From Candidatus Kaiserbacteria bacterium (GTDB lineage Bacteria; Patescibacteriota; Minisyncoccia; Phycocordibacterales; SBAW01): 64,000 nucleotides of DNA. The translations under genes were made by a program, and so were the position numbers. The notes under the pieces are model-generated. The model ran no database searches. It was not told the DNA's origin and was given only the letters and a program-made list of their open reading frames with translations. Position 1 is the stretch's first letter; each line of letters begins with the position of its first letter. The stretch is taken from positions 24,705-88,704 of the forward strand of contig SICK01000001.1 of NCBI GenBank assembly GCA_009691465.1, given 5' to 3'. Below are positions 18,954-27,649 of this stretch, piece by piece.

Positions 18954-20168
18954 ATGCGGAAATTTTTTCTATTATTTTTGGTATGCGTAGCTGCTAGTGC
19001 GGCTGGGTTTCCTGCCGCGTCGGCGCGCGCGGCGGCGTTCGAATACTCGGGCTGGCTCCCGTATTGGAAGGAGGCTTCTTCGACCATGGATGCGCTCGCG
19101 CACATCGACCAGCTCCACGAAATCAACCCCTTTGTCTACGTGGTCCAAAACGACGGCACGGTGGCCGACCGGGCCGGCATTGCCGATGAGCCGTGGCGCT
19201 CGCTGTTTGTGGTCGCCAAGGCAAAAAAGGTCCGCGTCATCCCGACGGTCATGTGGAGCAACACTGCCGCGATACACACCATATTGAGCAACCAAAAATC
19301 TCGCATCAAGCTCGAGGACGATATCACGGCGCTCGCGTACAACGAGGGCTTCGACGGCGTCGACATCGACTTTGAAGGGAAGTCGGCTGATGACAAAGCA
19401 TATTTTTCTACCTTTCTGAAAGGTTTGTATCAACGCATGGGCAAAAAGTGGGTGATGTGCACCATCGAGTCGCGTACGCCGCTCGCCGACCGCTACTACG
19501 GAGAGACTCCGCCGAAAGACGCGGGTATGTATGCCAACGACTTTGTACAAATCAACAAATACTGCGACCGCGTGCGCTTTATGACCTACGACCAGCAGAA
19601 CATCGACCTCAAACTAGCCGCCGCGGCAGCAGCAGCGGGGCAGATATATGCGCCGGTTGCCGACACCGCTTGGGTAGAAAAAGCAATCCGCGAGGCGATG
19701 AAAACCATCCCAAAAAGTAAAATCATCATCGGCGTAGCGACCTACGGCTACGAGTGGGATGTCACCGCGTACTCCGACGGCTATGTCTACGACCTGCTGT
19801 GGTCGTTCGGCATCAACTACGCGACCCCGATTGCCGCGCAATACAACATCACCCCTACGCGGCAAGCCTCCGGAGAAATGGGCTTTAGCTACACCCCTGT
19901 AGGCGGGCTCTCGGCCGCGCCAACGGGGATGGTCGAGCTGGCGCCGGACGCGCCGCAAGGTACCTCGTCGGCCGATATAGCCTCGGTGAGCGCCTTGGCG
20001 GCAGCCAAAGCCAACAACTCACACTCGTCCTTCCGCTACATGGTCTGGCAAGACGCGACCGCAATAAAAGCAAAGATAGACCTTGCCAAAAAACTGGGAG
20101 TCCGCGGCGTAGCCGTCTTCCGCCTCGACGGCGGGGAAGACCAAGCCATGTGGAACTATTTTAGGTAA
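18954..20168 (+). CDS. Secreted glycoside hydrolase family 18 (chitinase-like) protein
   Basis: Signal peptide MRKFFLLFLVCVAASAAG. Catalytic GH18 motif FDGVDIDFE (DxxDxDxE). Confidence 0.75.
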   Translation: MRKFFLLFLVCVAASAAGFPAASARAAAFEYSGWLPYWKEASSTMDALAHIDQLHEINPFVYVVQNDGTVADRAGIADEPWRSLFVVAKAKKVRVIPTVMWSNTAAIHTILSNQKSRIKLEDDITALAYNEGFDGVDIDFEGKSADDKAYFSTFLKGLYQRMGKKWVMCTIESRTPLADRYYGETPPKDAGMYANDFVQINKYCDRVRFMTYDQQNIDLKLAAAAAAAGQIYAPVADTAWVEKAIREAMKTIPKSKIIIGVATYGYEWDVTAYSDGYVYDLLWSFGINYATPIAAQYNITPTRQASGEMGFSYTPVGGLSAAPTGMVELAPDAPQGTSSADIASVSALAAAKANNSHSSFRYMVWQDATAIKAKIDLAKKLGVRGVAVFRLDGGEDQAMWNYFR

Positions 20169-20194
20169 GTGGAGCCTGTCCGCCAGCAGGCGGG

Positions 20195-20223
20195 TTGACA
20201 AAATCCCCTTATTTTGCTACAAT
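20195..20223 (+). promoter_or_regulatory. Consensus sigma70-type promoter of the DEAD-box helicase gene
   Basis: TTGACA (20195-20200), 17 nt, TACAAT (20218-20223). ATG at 20234. Confidence 0.65.
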
Positions 20224-20233
20224 AGTTCCTTCA

Positions 20234-21493
<1,260 letters not shown>

Positions 21494-21503
21494 ACAAAAA
21501 CGT

Positions 21504-21707
21504 ATGGCCAACAACACTCAAAACCAAAAAAAGCCGGTCCATGTACCTAAGCTCAAGGGCCCGCCCAAGCAATACCAGCAGGACGGCCACTGGATTGTAA
21601 AGCCGGGCAAAACCCAGGTCCTTTTGTGCACCTGCGGCAACCGCTACATCAAAACCCGCCCGGGCCAGACCGTGTGCGTCCGCTGCCTCTTTAGCGCCAA
21701 GAAATAA
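21504..21707 (+). CDS. Small zinc-ribbon-like protein
   Basis: 67 aa with CTCG...CVRC cysteine pairs. Basic N-terminus. Confidence 0.5.
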   Translation: MANNTQNQKKPVHVPKLKGPPKQYQQDGHWIVKPGKTQVLLCTCGNRYIKTRPGQTVCVRCLFSAKK

Positions 21708-21728
21708 CCCTTTGCTATACTGTGGGGT

Positions 21729-22253
21729 ATGAACTCCACCGGATGGGCAGTCATTGTCATTATCATAATTATTATAGGAGGTGCGTGGTGGTTTATGACG
21801 CAGCAGACTCCCGCTGCAGCACCGGCCGGGCAAACGCAGACTAACCAAAATGCGGATGGCGCCGACGTTACGCCGCCCGCCGCTACCGACACGCAAGGCA
21901 GCAGTGCGTCGGTCGATGCGGGTGCCACCGTGGGGGTGCGCAAGACGGTCACCGTCATCTATAACGGCGACAGTTTTTCCCCGTCGAACATAACCATTTC
22001 TAAGGGAGACACGGTCACCTTTGAAAACGAGGGCGGCGGGTCTATGTGGGTCGCCTCCAACGAGCACCCCAACCACACCGCCTACGACGGCAGCAGCCGC
22101 TCGGCGCACTGTGCTGCGGGCTATACCGGGGAGAAGCCCTTCGACCAGTGCGGCAACGGCGCCTCGTTCAGCTTTACCTTTACCAAAACGGGGTCGTTCG
22201 GCTATCACAATCACTCCCAAGCCCAGCTCGGCGGTACTGTTGTGGTAAAATAG
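21729..22253 (+). CDS. Membrane-anchored cupredoxin-like domain protein
   Basis: N-terminal TM. ITISKGDTVTFENEGGGSMWVASNEHPNH...FGYHNHSQ resembles cupredoxin/EfeO-type folds. Confidence 0.55.
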   Translation: MNSTGWAVIVIIIIIIGGAWWFMTQQTPAAAPAGQTQTNQNADGADVTPPAATDTQGSSASVDAGATVGVRKTVTVIYNGDSFSPSNITISKGDTVTFENEGGGSMWVASNEHPNHTAYDGSSRSAHCAAGYTGEKPFDQCGNGASFSFTFTKTGSFGYHNHSQAQLGGTVVVK

Positions 22254-22293
22254 CCCCGACGCCTTGGTCGGGGTCCCGACCTAAGCGTCGGGA
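22254..22293 (+). terminator. Two tandem near-identical hairpins
   Basis: CCCCGAC-gccttg-GTCGGGG (22254-73) followed immediately by TCCCGAC-ctaagc-GTCGGGA (22274-93). No T-run. Confidence 0.4.
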
Positions 22294-22303
22294 TTAAGTA
22301 ATC

Positions 22304-22699
22304 ATGATAGACAACCGTGCACGCACCGCCTACCTTTTCCTGCGAGTCGGGGTGGCGTTTGCATTCCTCTACCCGCCGCTCTCGGCAATCTTCGGCGACC
22401 CGTACACGTGGCTGGGGTACTTCCCACAATCGGTACGCGGCCTTGCCCTGAGCTTGTCGAATGGGTTTGTAGACGACCTGCTCCTCCTGCACGCCTTCGG
22501 CGTAGTCGAGATACTCATCGCCCTGTGGATACTCTCCGGGTACAAAATCTTCCTCCCTGCGCTCGGGGCGACCGTTTTGTTGCTTGCTATCGTGGTGTTT
22601 AACTTCTCCCAGATGGATGTCGTCTTCCGCGACCTCTCAATCGCGGCCGCCGCGCTCTCACTTGCGCTTATCAACTGGCCCCGTACACTACCCGTATGA
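22304..22699 (+). CDS. Hypothetical membrane protein
   Basis: 131 aa with four hydrophobic helices. Confidence 0.5.
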   Translation: MIDNRARTAYLFLRVGVAFAFLYPPLSAIFGDPYTWLGYFPQSVRGLALSLSNGFVDDLLLLHAFGVVEILIALWILSGYKIFLPALGATVLLLAIVVFNFSQMDVVFRDLSIAAAALSLALINWPRTLPV

Positions 22700-23337
22700 C
22701 TAAAAGCACCTGGGCGGTCATTGTCGTAGTCGTGCTCATGATAGGGGTGGGGTTGGCGGTGGTATACCGCGCTCCGCTGTCACAGCTCTTTAGCCCGGGA
22801 CAGGATGCTACTCCGGCGCACGAGACTCCGCCGATTACCCAAGCCCAAACCTACTCGACTAGCACCTATGCCGTGCAATATCCGTCCGAGTATCTGCTCA
22901 ACGAGGAGTATGCATACGACCAGTTCGGCCCCAAAAAACTTATACACGGCATCTCGCTCACCATACCGGCCAACGTCGCCACCGGCACCAACCTTTCTGC
23001 CGACACGCGCATCAGTGTCGAGCAATTGCCGCGCGCCAAAAAGTGCACGGGCGATATCTTTATCCCCGACAACGTCGCCGCTCGCACCATAACCGAGGGC
23101 GGCACCGACTACTCGCTTGCTACCACCAGCGGCGCCGCTGCCGGCAACCGGTACGAGGAGACGGTCTTTGCGCTTGCAACCTCGAGCCCCTGCACCGCGG
23201 TGCGCTACTTTGTACACTACGCGGCTATAGAAAACTTTCCCCAAGGAGCGGTCCGCGAGTTCGACCGCACCGCGTTGTTGAACGGCTTCGACACCATCCG
23301 TCGAACGCTGGTGATAAAAGGCATTGCGGCGCAATAG
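22696..23337 (+). CDS. Hypothetical membrane-anchored/secreted protein
   Basis: 4-nt overlap with the upstream gene. N-terminal TM WAVIVVVVLMIGVGLAVV. Confidence 0.5.
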   Translation: MTKSTWAVIVVVVLMIGVGLAVVYRAPLSQLFSPGQDATPAHETPPITQAQTYSTSTYAVQYPSEYLLNEEYAYDQFGPKKLIHGISLTIPANVATGTNLSADTRISVEQLPRAKKCTGDIFIPDNVAARTITEGGTDYSLATTSGAAAGNRYEETVFALATSSPCTAVRYFVHYAAIENFPQGAVREFDRTALLNGFDTIRRTLVIKGIAAQ

Positions 23338-23338
23338 C

Positions 23339-23411
23339 GGGTATACCCCGTGAGATAGTTTATAGAATACCCACAGATAGTGTTTGGAGGGTATCTCATG
23401 GGGTATATAAT
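23339..23411 (+). promoter_or_regulatory. Second copy of the ACCCCGTGAGAT hairpin family, fused to a TATAAT box
   Basis: TATACCCCGTGAGATA (23342-57) pairs with TATCTCATGGGGTATA (23392-407), 16 bp with one G.U. TATAAT at 23406-11. Confidence 0.45.
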
Positions 23412-23456
23412 TGTAAGCAGGTCTTTTAATTAGTATTAATTGTAATTGTTTTAGAC

Positions 23457-23876
23457 ATGATCAAGCATCTTACGCACATGCGCTACCACAAGGCGTTGGG
23501 TCTCCTCGTCTTGCGGCTCGCTACCGGTCTTGTGTTTCTTAATCACGGATGGTCCAAGCTCGCCGGCCTTGCCGGGGCGCGGGGCTTTTTCTCCTCTCTT
23601 GGTTTGCCGGCCGAGACCGCAACGCTCATCGCGGTTGTCGAGGTGGTGGGCGGGCTCATGCTCATCTTGGGTGTGGCACCGCGCATCGCGGGCCTCGTCT
23701 TGGGTGCCGAGATGATAGCGGCCATGATATTAGTGGGCCTCCCGGCGTCCGACTGGATGGTGCTCTTTGCCAAGCCGGGCAGTGTCGAGATAGAACTTGT
23801 TTTGGCCGCCGCGGCACTTGCAATATTTGCGGTGGGTGGTGGTCGCTACGCAATCTACAGCGCAGAGCGGGACTAA
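23457..23876 (+). CDS. DoxX family membrane protein
   Basis: LGLLVLRLATGLVFLNHGWSKL plus four TM helices. Confidence 0.8.
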   Translation: MIKHLTHMRYHKALGLLVLRLATGLVFLNHGWSKLAGLAGARGFFSSLGLPAETATLIAVVEVVGGLMLILGVAPRIAGLVLGAEMIAAMILVGLPASDWMVLFAKPGSVEIELVLAAAALAIFAVGGGRYAIYSAERD

Positions 23877-24235
23877 TGTTGCGTCGCAGGTCCAAGCTCC
23901 AATACAAAAAGTACAAAGAGCAGGCGCGCGTGGCTGTCCACGCGCGCCTCTCTTACTTCAACTCCTTCTACAACCACGCCTACCGGCGCGTGTTCATCAA
24001 AAACACCAAGTCGCGCTGGGCCAGCTGCTCCACTCTAGGCAACCTCAACTTCAACTACAAAATAATTTTTTTGCCACCTGCCTTGCAGGACTACTTGGTC
24101 GTGCACGAGCTCTGCCACCTGCGGCACTTCGACCACTCGCCCGCGTTTTGGGCGCTGGTGGGGGAGGCTCTGCCCGCCCACCGCGCGGCGCGGCGCGCCC
24201 TGCGCCGCATCGAGCGCGGTGTTAGAATCACCTAA
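23876..24235 (+). CDS. YgjP-like (DUF45/M48-type) zinc metallopeptidase, short form
   Basis: HELCHLRHFDHSPAFWALV (HExxH...FW). TAATG overlap with doxX. The N-terminal extension in the track ORF was rejected. Confidence 0.75.
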   Translation: MLRRRSKLQYKKYKEQARVAVHARLSYFNSFYNHAYRRVFIKNTKSRWASCSTLGNLNFNYKIIFLPPALQDYLVVHELCHLRHFDHSPAFWALVGEALPAHRAARRALRRIERGVRIT

Positions 24236-24238
24236 TAT

Positions 24239-24556
24239 ATGCGCCTCCTTTCTGCCGCCGGCAAAGCTCTGTTGTGGCTCGAGGCGGCGCTGTTTGACAT
24301 GATATCTACGGCCAAGACCAAAGCCGGCGTGCCGATGGGGACGCGCACCGACTTTGTGGCGCTGCTCGGCGAGGCGTACCACAGCTTCAAGTTCATCGAC
24401 AAAGAAATGTGGCACTACTTCCACGAGCTGCGCAAAGTACGTAACTACGTGCACCTCAAGGCGGCGGACTTCCAAGAGCACACCGCCTACACGGTCGAGG
24501 AGGCCAACGAGGCGCTGACCATGCTCGAGCGGTTCCGACGGCGGTTCGTCGCCTAA
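24239..24556 (+). CDS. Hypothetical helical protein with KVRNYVH motif (weakly HEPN/DUF4145-like)
   Basis: 105-aa ORF 3 nt after the metallopeptidase gene. ELRKVRNYVHL resembles the KVRNDIAH of ORF 5016. Confidence 0.45.
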   Translation: MRLLSAAGKALLWLEAALFDMISTAKTKAGVPMGTRTDFVALLGEAYHSFKFIDKEMWHYFHELRKVRNYVHLKAADFQEHTAYTVEEANEALTMLERFRRRFVA

Positions 24557-24612
24557 CCCCTCTAACCCCCTCCGGATCTCACCCCCGTTTATCCCCACCC
24601 TCCCAATCCTTA

Positions 24613-24641
24613 TTCTAGCTTTTTGCAAAAACACGTAGTAA
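24613..24641 (+). promoter_or_regulatory. Promoter-operator module, copy 1
   Basis: TTCTAG (24613-18), 17-nt spacer containing the 12-bp palindrome TTTTTGCAAAAA (24620-31), TAGTAA (24636-41). Confidence 0.55.
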
Positions 24642-24725
24642 CGAGGTGAGTAGTAGCTAGTGGCGAGGCCGCGGCATTTTGCTATACTCCGACTAGATCT
24701 TCGACGGCTCGCAAAGGAGAAGCAC

Positions 24726-24953
24726 ATGCTCAAATGGATTCTGACCCTAATAGTCATGGCCGGCGACTTGGCACTCTTTGGGGCGGCCGGCACTATCCTG
24801 TATTTGATGCCGCACCATCCGCTCACCTGGATCGTTGTGGCTGCCGGCGGCTGGGAGTGGGCTACGACCGGCGGTTTTCTTGCATGGAGAGTTATGTTCA
24901 TCAGGCGCGAGCGGGACGCCTTCCGCAAGAGTGCCCAAAAGATAGGGTTTTGA
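24726..24953 (+). CDS. Small two-TM membrane protein
   Basis: AAGGAG SD 6 nt before ATG 24726. MLKWILTLIVMAGDLALFGAAG... Confidence 0.55.
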   Translation: MLKWILTLIVMAGDLALFGAAGTILYLMPHHPLTWIVVAAGGWEWATTGGFLAWRVMFIRRERDAFRKSAQKIGF

Positions 24954-24975
24954 CTCCGCCATGCGGAGTCTTTTT
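24952..24975 (+). terminator. Rho-independent terminator
   Basis: GACTCCGC-CAT-GCGGAGTC followed by TTTTT. Confidence 0.7.
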
Positions 24976-24990
24976 ATATCCACAATCTTG

Positions 24991-25019
24991 TTCTAGCTTT
25001 TTGCAAAAACACGTAATAG
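24991..25019 (+). promoter_or_regulatory. Promoter-operator module, copy 2 (arsR-family gene promoter)
   Basis: TTCTAG (24991-96), 17-nt spacer with TTTTTGCAAAAA (24998-25009), TAATAG (25014-19). ATG at 25029. Confidence 0.6.
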
Positions 25020-25028
25020 ACTTTTGGT

Positions 25029-25307
25029 ATGGCAAGTACACCTGCGGATTATCGGCGGATGGAGCGCGTGGTAAAGGGCTTCGCCAATCACCGCCGGCTC
25101 CAAATGCTCGACCTTTTGCGCAAGGAGCCCGAGCTTACGCTCGAGCAGATCGCCGAGCGGCTCAACATCGGCTACATGAACGCCTCCGACCACGTCCGGC
25201 GCATGGCCCTGGCGGGTCTGGTGATGAAGCGCAACGACGGCCCGCGCGTGCATCACAAACTCACGCCCCGCGCCGAGTCTATTCTAGCTTTTTGCAAAAA
25301 GCTGTAA
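25029..25307 (+). CDS. ArsR/SmtB-family winged-helix transcriptional regulator
   Basis: FANHRRLQMLDLLRKEPELTLEQIAERLNIGYMNASDHVRRMALAGLV is a typical ArsR HTH. Confidence 0.85.
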   Translation: MASTPADYRRMERVVKGFANHRRLQMLDLLRKEPELTLEQIAERLNIGYMNASDHVRRMALAGLVMKRNDGPRVHHKLTPRAESILAFCKKL

Positions 25308-25310
25308 TAA
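25282..25310 (+). promoter_or_regulatory. Promoter-operator module, copy 3 (inside the 3' end of the regulator gene)
   Basis: TTCTAG (25282-87), 17-nt spacer with TTTTTGCAAAAA (25289-300), TAATAA (25305-10). Confidence 0.45.
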
Positions 25311-25379
25311 GGCCCCGCGTTGCGGGGCTCCAATATCGCTTCAACCCCGCTACAGGGGGAGGGGGTGTATAGTTGGGAC

Positions 25380-25508
25380 ATGAGTAAAAAACAATTTGGG
25401 CCGGCGGGGACGAACTTTAACGCTCGGCGGCCGCAGGCCGCGCGGATGCAACCGGTGGTGCGGATGAAAGGGCTGCGCAGTACAAAGAAGCCCAAGGGTG
25501 GCAGGTAG
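25380..25508 (+). CDS. Possible small basic protein (42 aa)
   Basis: MSKKQFGPAGTNFNARRPQAARMQPVVRMKGLRSTKKPKGGR*. TATAGT (25368-73) lies 6 nt before the ATG. Confidence 0.3.
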   Translation: MSKKQFGPAGTNFNARRPQAARMQPVVRMKGLRSTKKPKGGR

Positions 25509-25529
25509 TCTGCGTTGTATACTTGAGGA

Positions 25530-25766
25530 ATGTCTCTTGAGAATCAACGCGACCAGATTATAGAAAATTTGGAGTTGCTCAACCGGCAGGTAGCCAAGCA
25601 AAACTCGCTGTCGCGGATGTTGTGGGTCGGCGTTATATACGGCATCGGCTTTTTTATCGGGTCGGTCATTATTGCGACCATTGCTTTTGGAATCTTAGGC
25701 CCGTGGTTTGGCCAAATCGGCTGGATACGCTCTGCGTTTGAAACAGGCTACGGACTTTTGCATTAA
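25530..25766 (+). CDS. Small coiled-coil plus TM protein
   Basis: TATACT (25518-23) lies 6 nt before the ATG. N-terminal helix followed by WVGVIYGIGFFIGSVIIATIAFGILGPW. Confidence 0.55.
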   Translation: MSLENQRDQIIENLELLNRQVAKQNSLSRMLWVGVIYGIGFFIGSVIIATIAFGILGPWFGQIGWIRSAFETGYGLLH

Positions 25767-26323
25767 TGACTCTCCGGCGCACCCTACTGGTCGGTCTGCT
25801 CCTGCTTTCTGCGCAGGCGCTCGTGCTGGTTATCTTTGGTCAGCCGCTGATTGCCGCTGACGGTACGGTCAAACTGTGGGAGGGGGTCGTGTCGGGGCCG
25901 GGGAACTCGCAACACCTAACCGACTGGTACACCTTTTCGCACATCATCCACGGATTTATTTTTTATTGGTTGCTCGGGCTCATCTTCCCCCGGTTGGGGG
26001 TCGGGGCACGGTTTGCGCTTGCGGTGGGGGTGGAGGTTGCCTGGGAGATAGCAGAAAACACGCCCATGGTCATACAGCACTACCGCGAGCAGGCACTCGC
26101 GGCCGGCTACTCGGGCGATAGCGTCATCAACTCGGTCTGCGACACAGTCGCGATGGGAGTGGGGTTCCTCCTTGCGTGGCGCTTGCCGATACTCACCACC
26201 GTGCTCATTGCGGTTGGGCTCGAGGCGTTTGTCGGCTATGCTATCCGCGACAACCTTACGCTCAACGTACTCAACCTTATATACCAATTTGATTTTATCC
26301 ACGCCTGGCAAAGCGGCGGATAA
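25766..26323 (+). CDS. DUF2585/UPF0314-like membrane protein
   Basis: NSQHLTDWYTFSHIIHGFIFYWLL matches the family motif as I remember it. TAATG coupling. Confidence 0.65.
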   Translation: MTLRRTLLVGLLLLSAQALVLVIFGQPLIAADGTVKLWEGVVSGPGNSQHLTDWYTFSHIIHGFIFYWLLGLIFPRLGVGARFALAVGVEVAWEIAENTPMVIQHYREQALAAGYSGDSVINSVCDTVAMGVGFLLAWRLPILTTVLIAVGLEAFVGYAIRDNLTLNVLNLIYQFDFIHAWQSGG

Positions 26324-26370
26324 CCTCAGGTGCTCAATGGTAGGAAAGAGTCTTTTGTTATACTAGAGCT

Positions 26371-26943
26371 ATGTTCGATTTTAAGCAGTCATGGATAGCG
26401 GCAGCGGCGGTACTCGTGCTCCTGGGGGCCGGTATCTGGTATGTCTCTGCGCAGCCAAAAAGCGATGAACAAGTCTTCTGCACCGCCGATGCGATGCAAT
26501 GTCCTGACGGCTCGTATGTGGGTCGCTCGGGTCCCCATTGCGAGTTTGTTTGCCCCGCAGCTACCTCGACCAGTGGCGGGGGCACCACGGGCGGTGGTAC
26601 GGGCGGCGGTGGAGGCATACTGCCGTATAACTCCGGCATCCGCGGCGTGGTGATGGCGGGCCCCACCTGCCCGGTAGAGCGCGACCCGCCCGACCCCGCT
26701 TGCGCCGACAAACCCGTCGAGACTAACATCACCGTCGTCCGCGCCGTCGACCCCACCCGCGTCGTGGTAGTCACAACAAGCAATAAGCAAGGCATGTTCG
26801 AAGCCCCGCTCCCTCCGGGCGAGTATGTTATACAAGCGGGCCCTTATGGCGTGCCGTATCCGCGTTGCAGTGACACGCGTGTCAGTGTGCAGCCCAACAC
26901 CTACGCACGCGTAGCCGTGTCATGCGACACGGGGATACGATAA
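26371..26943 (+). CDS. Hypothetical membrane-anchored secreted protein (Cys motif, Gly-rich linker, beta-rich domain)
   Basis: N-terminal TM, CTADAMQCPDGSYVGRSGPHCEFVCP, G/T-rich linker. Confidence 0.55.
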   Translation: MFDFKQSWIAAAAVLVLLGAGIWYVSAQPKSDEQVFCTADAMQCPDGSYVGRSGPHCEFVCPAATSTSGGGTTGGGTGGGGGILPYNSGIRGVVMAGPTCPVERDPPDPACADKPVETNITVVRAVDPTRVVVVTTSNKQGMFEAPLPPGEYVIQAGPYGVPYPRCSDTRVSVQPNTYARVAVSCDTGIR

Positions 26944-26977
26944 AAAGACAGAAAAAACTGCCTGTATACTTATGTAC

Positions 26978-27343
26978 ATGGACTCCCCGGTGCTATTTCA
27001 GCGGCTCGAGGGCGCGCTCATGTTTTTGGTCGCGCTCACGCTCTACTTTTGGTTTGACTTCCCCGGCTATATCTTTTTTGTTTTGCTGTTTGTGTTTGAC
27101 CTCTCGATGCTCGGCTACTTTGTCGACAACCGCGTCGGCGCCCTGCTGTACAACCTGGGGCACTCGTTGGTGTGGCCGCTGGGGCTCTTTTGGTACTCGG
27201 TGTTTTTTGACAACGGGGTCGCGTTTGCACTGGCACTCATTTGGCTTGCACACATCGGGATGGACCGCGCGTTCGGCTTTGGGCTTAAATGCTCGACCGG
27301 TTTCAACGATACGCACCTGGGCCCCATCGGAGGCAAAAAGTAG
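26978..27343 (+). CDS. DUF4260-like membrane protein
   Basis: WLAHIGMDRAFGFGLK. TATACT (26965-70) lies 7 nt before ATG 26978 (the track start is 26972). Confidence 0.6.
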   Translation: MDSPVLFQRLEGALMFLVALTLYFWFDFPGYIFFVLLFVFDLSMLGYFVDNRVGALLYNLGHSLVWPLGLFWYSVFFDNGVAFALALIWLAHIGMDRAFGFGLKCSTGFNDTHLGPIGGKK

Positions 27344-27355
27344 TATACTGCTTAT

Positions 27356-27646
27356 ATGATGCAAAATTACAACGGGTGGAGAGGCGAGGATCATATGTGG
27401 ATTCTTAATTCGCCGCATATGCTTTGGCTGTTGCCGATTGCGGGTGTGTTGTTGGTACTGTGCATTGTGTGGTCGGTGTTGTGGAAGGGGCTCGCGCTCT
27501 GGCACAGCGCGCGGCGTGCAGAACCGGCGTGGTTTATCGCACTCCTGCTCATAAACACCCTCGGGATTTTAGAAATTGTCTACCTGTTCTACTTTGCCAA
27601 ACTTTCTTTTAAGGAACTGTTTTCGCGGCACGAGCACCGCACCTAA
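27356..27646 (+). CDS. DUF5652-like small membrane protein
   Basis: LWKGLALWHSARRAEPAWFIALLLINTLGILEIVYLFYF. Confidence 0.55.
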   Translation: MMQNYNGWRGEDHMWILNSPHMLWLLPIAGVLLVLCIVWSVLWKGLALWHSARRAEPAWFIALLLINTLGILEIVYLFYFAKLSFKELFSRHEHRT

Positions 27647-27649
27647 GGT

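Noticed and set aside
20169-20194. CCGCC-AGCA-GGCGG hairpin after the GH18 gene as a terminator.
   Set aside because: The stem is short (5 bp), has no T-run and overlaps the -35 of the next promoter. The evidence is too weak to annotate.
24557-24610. Pyrimidine-rich tract with successive C-runs (ACCCCTCTAACCCCCTCCGGATCTCACCCCCGTTTATCCCCACCCTCCC), a potential i-motif or G-quadruplex on the opposite strand. It also contains ATCTCAC followed by CCCCG, which resembles rearranged halves of the ACCCCGTGAGAT hairpin.
   Set aside because: This is a single occurrence with no symmetric partner or repeat structure. It cannot be distinguished from compositional chance without genome-wide statistics.
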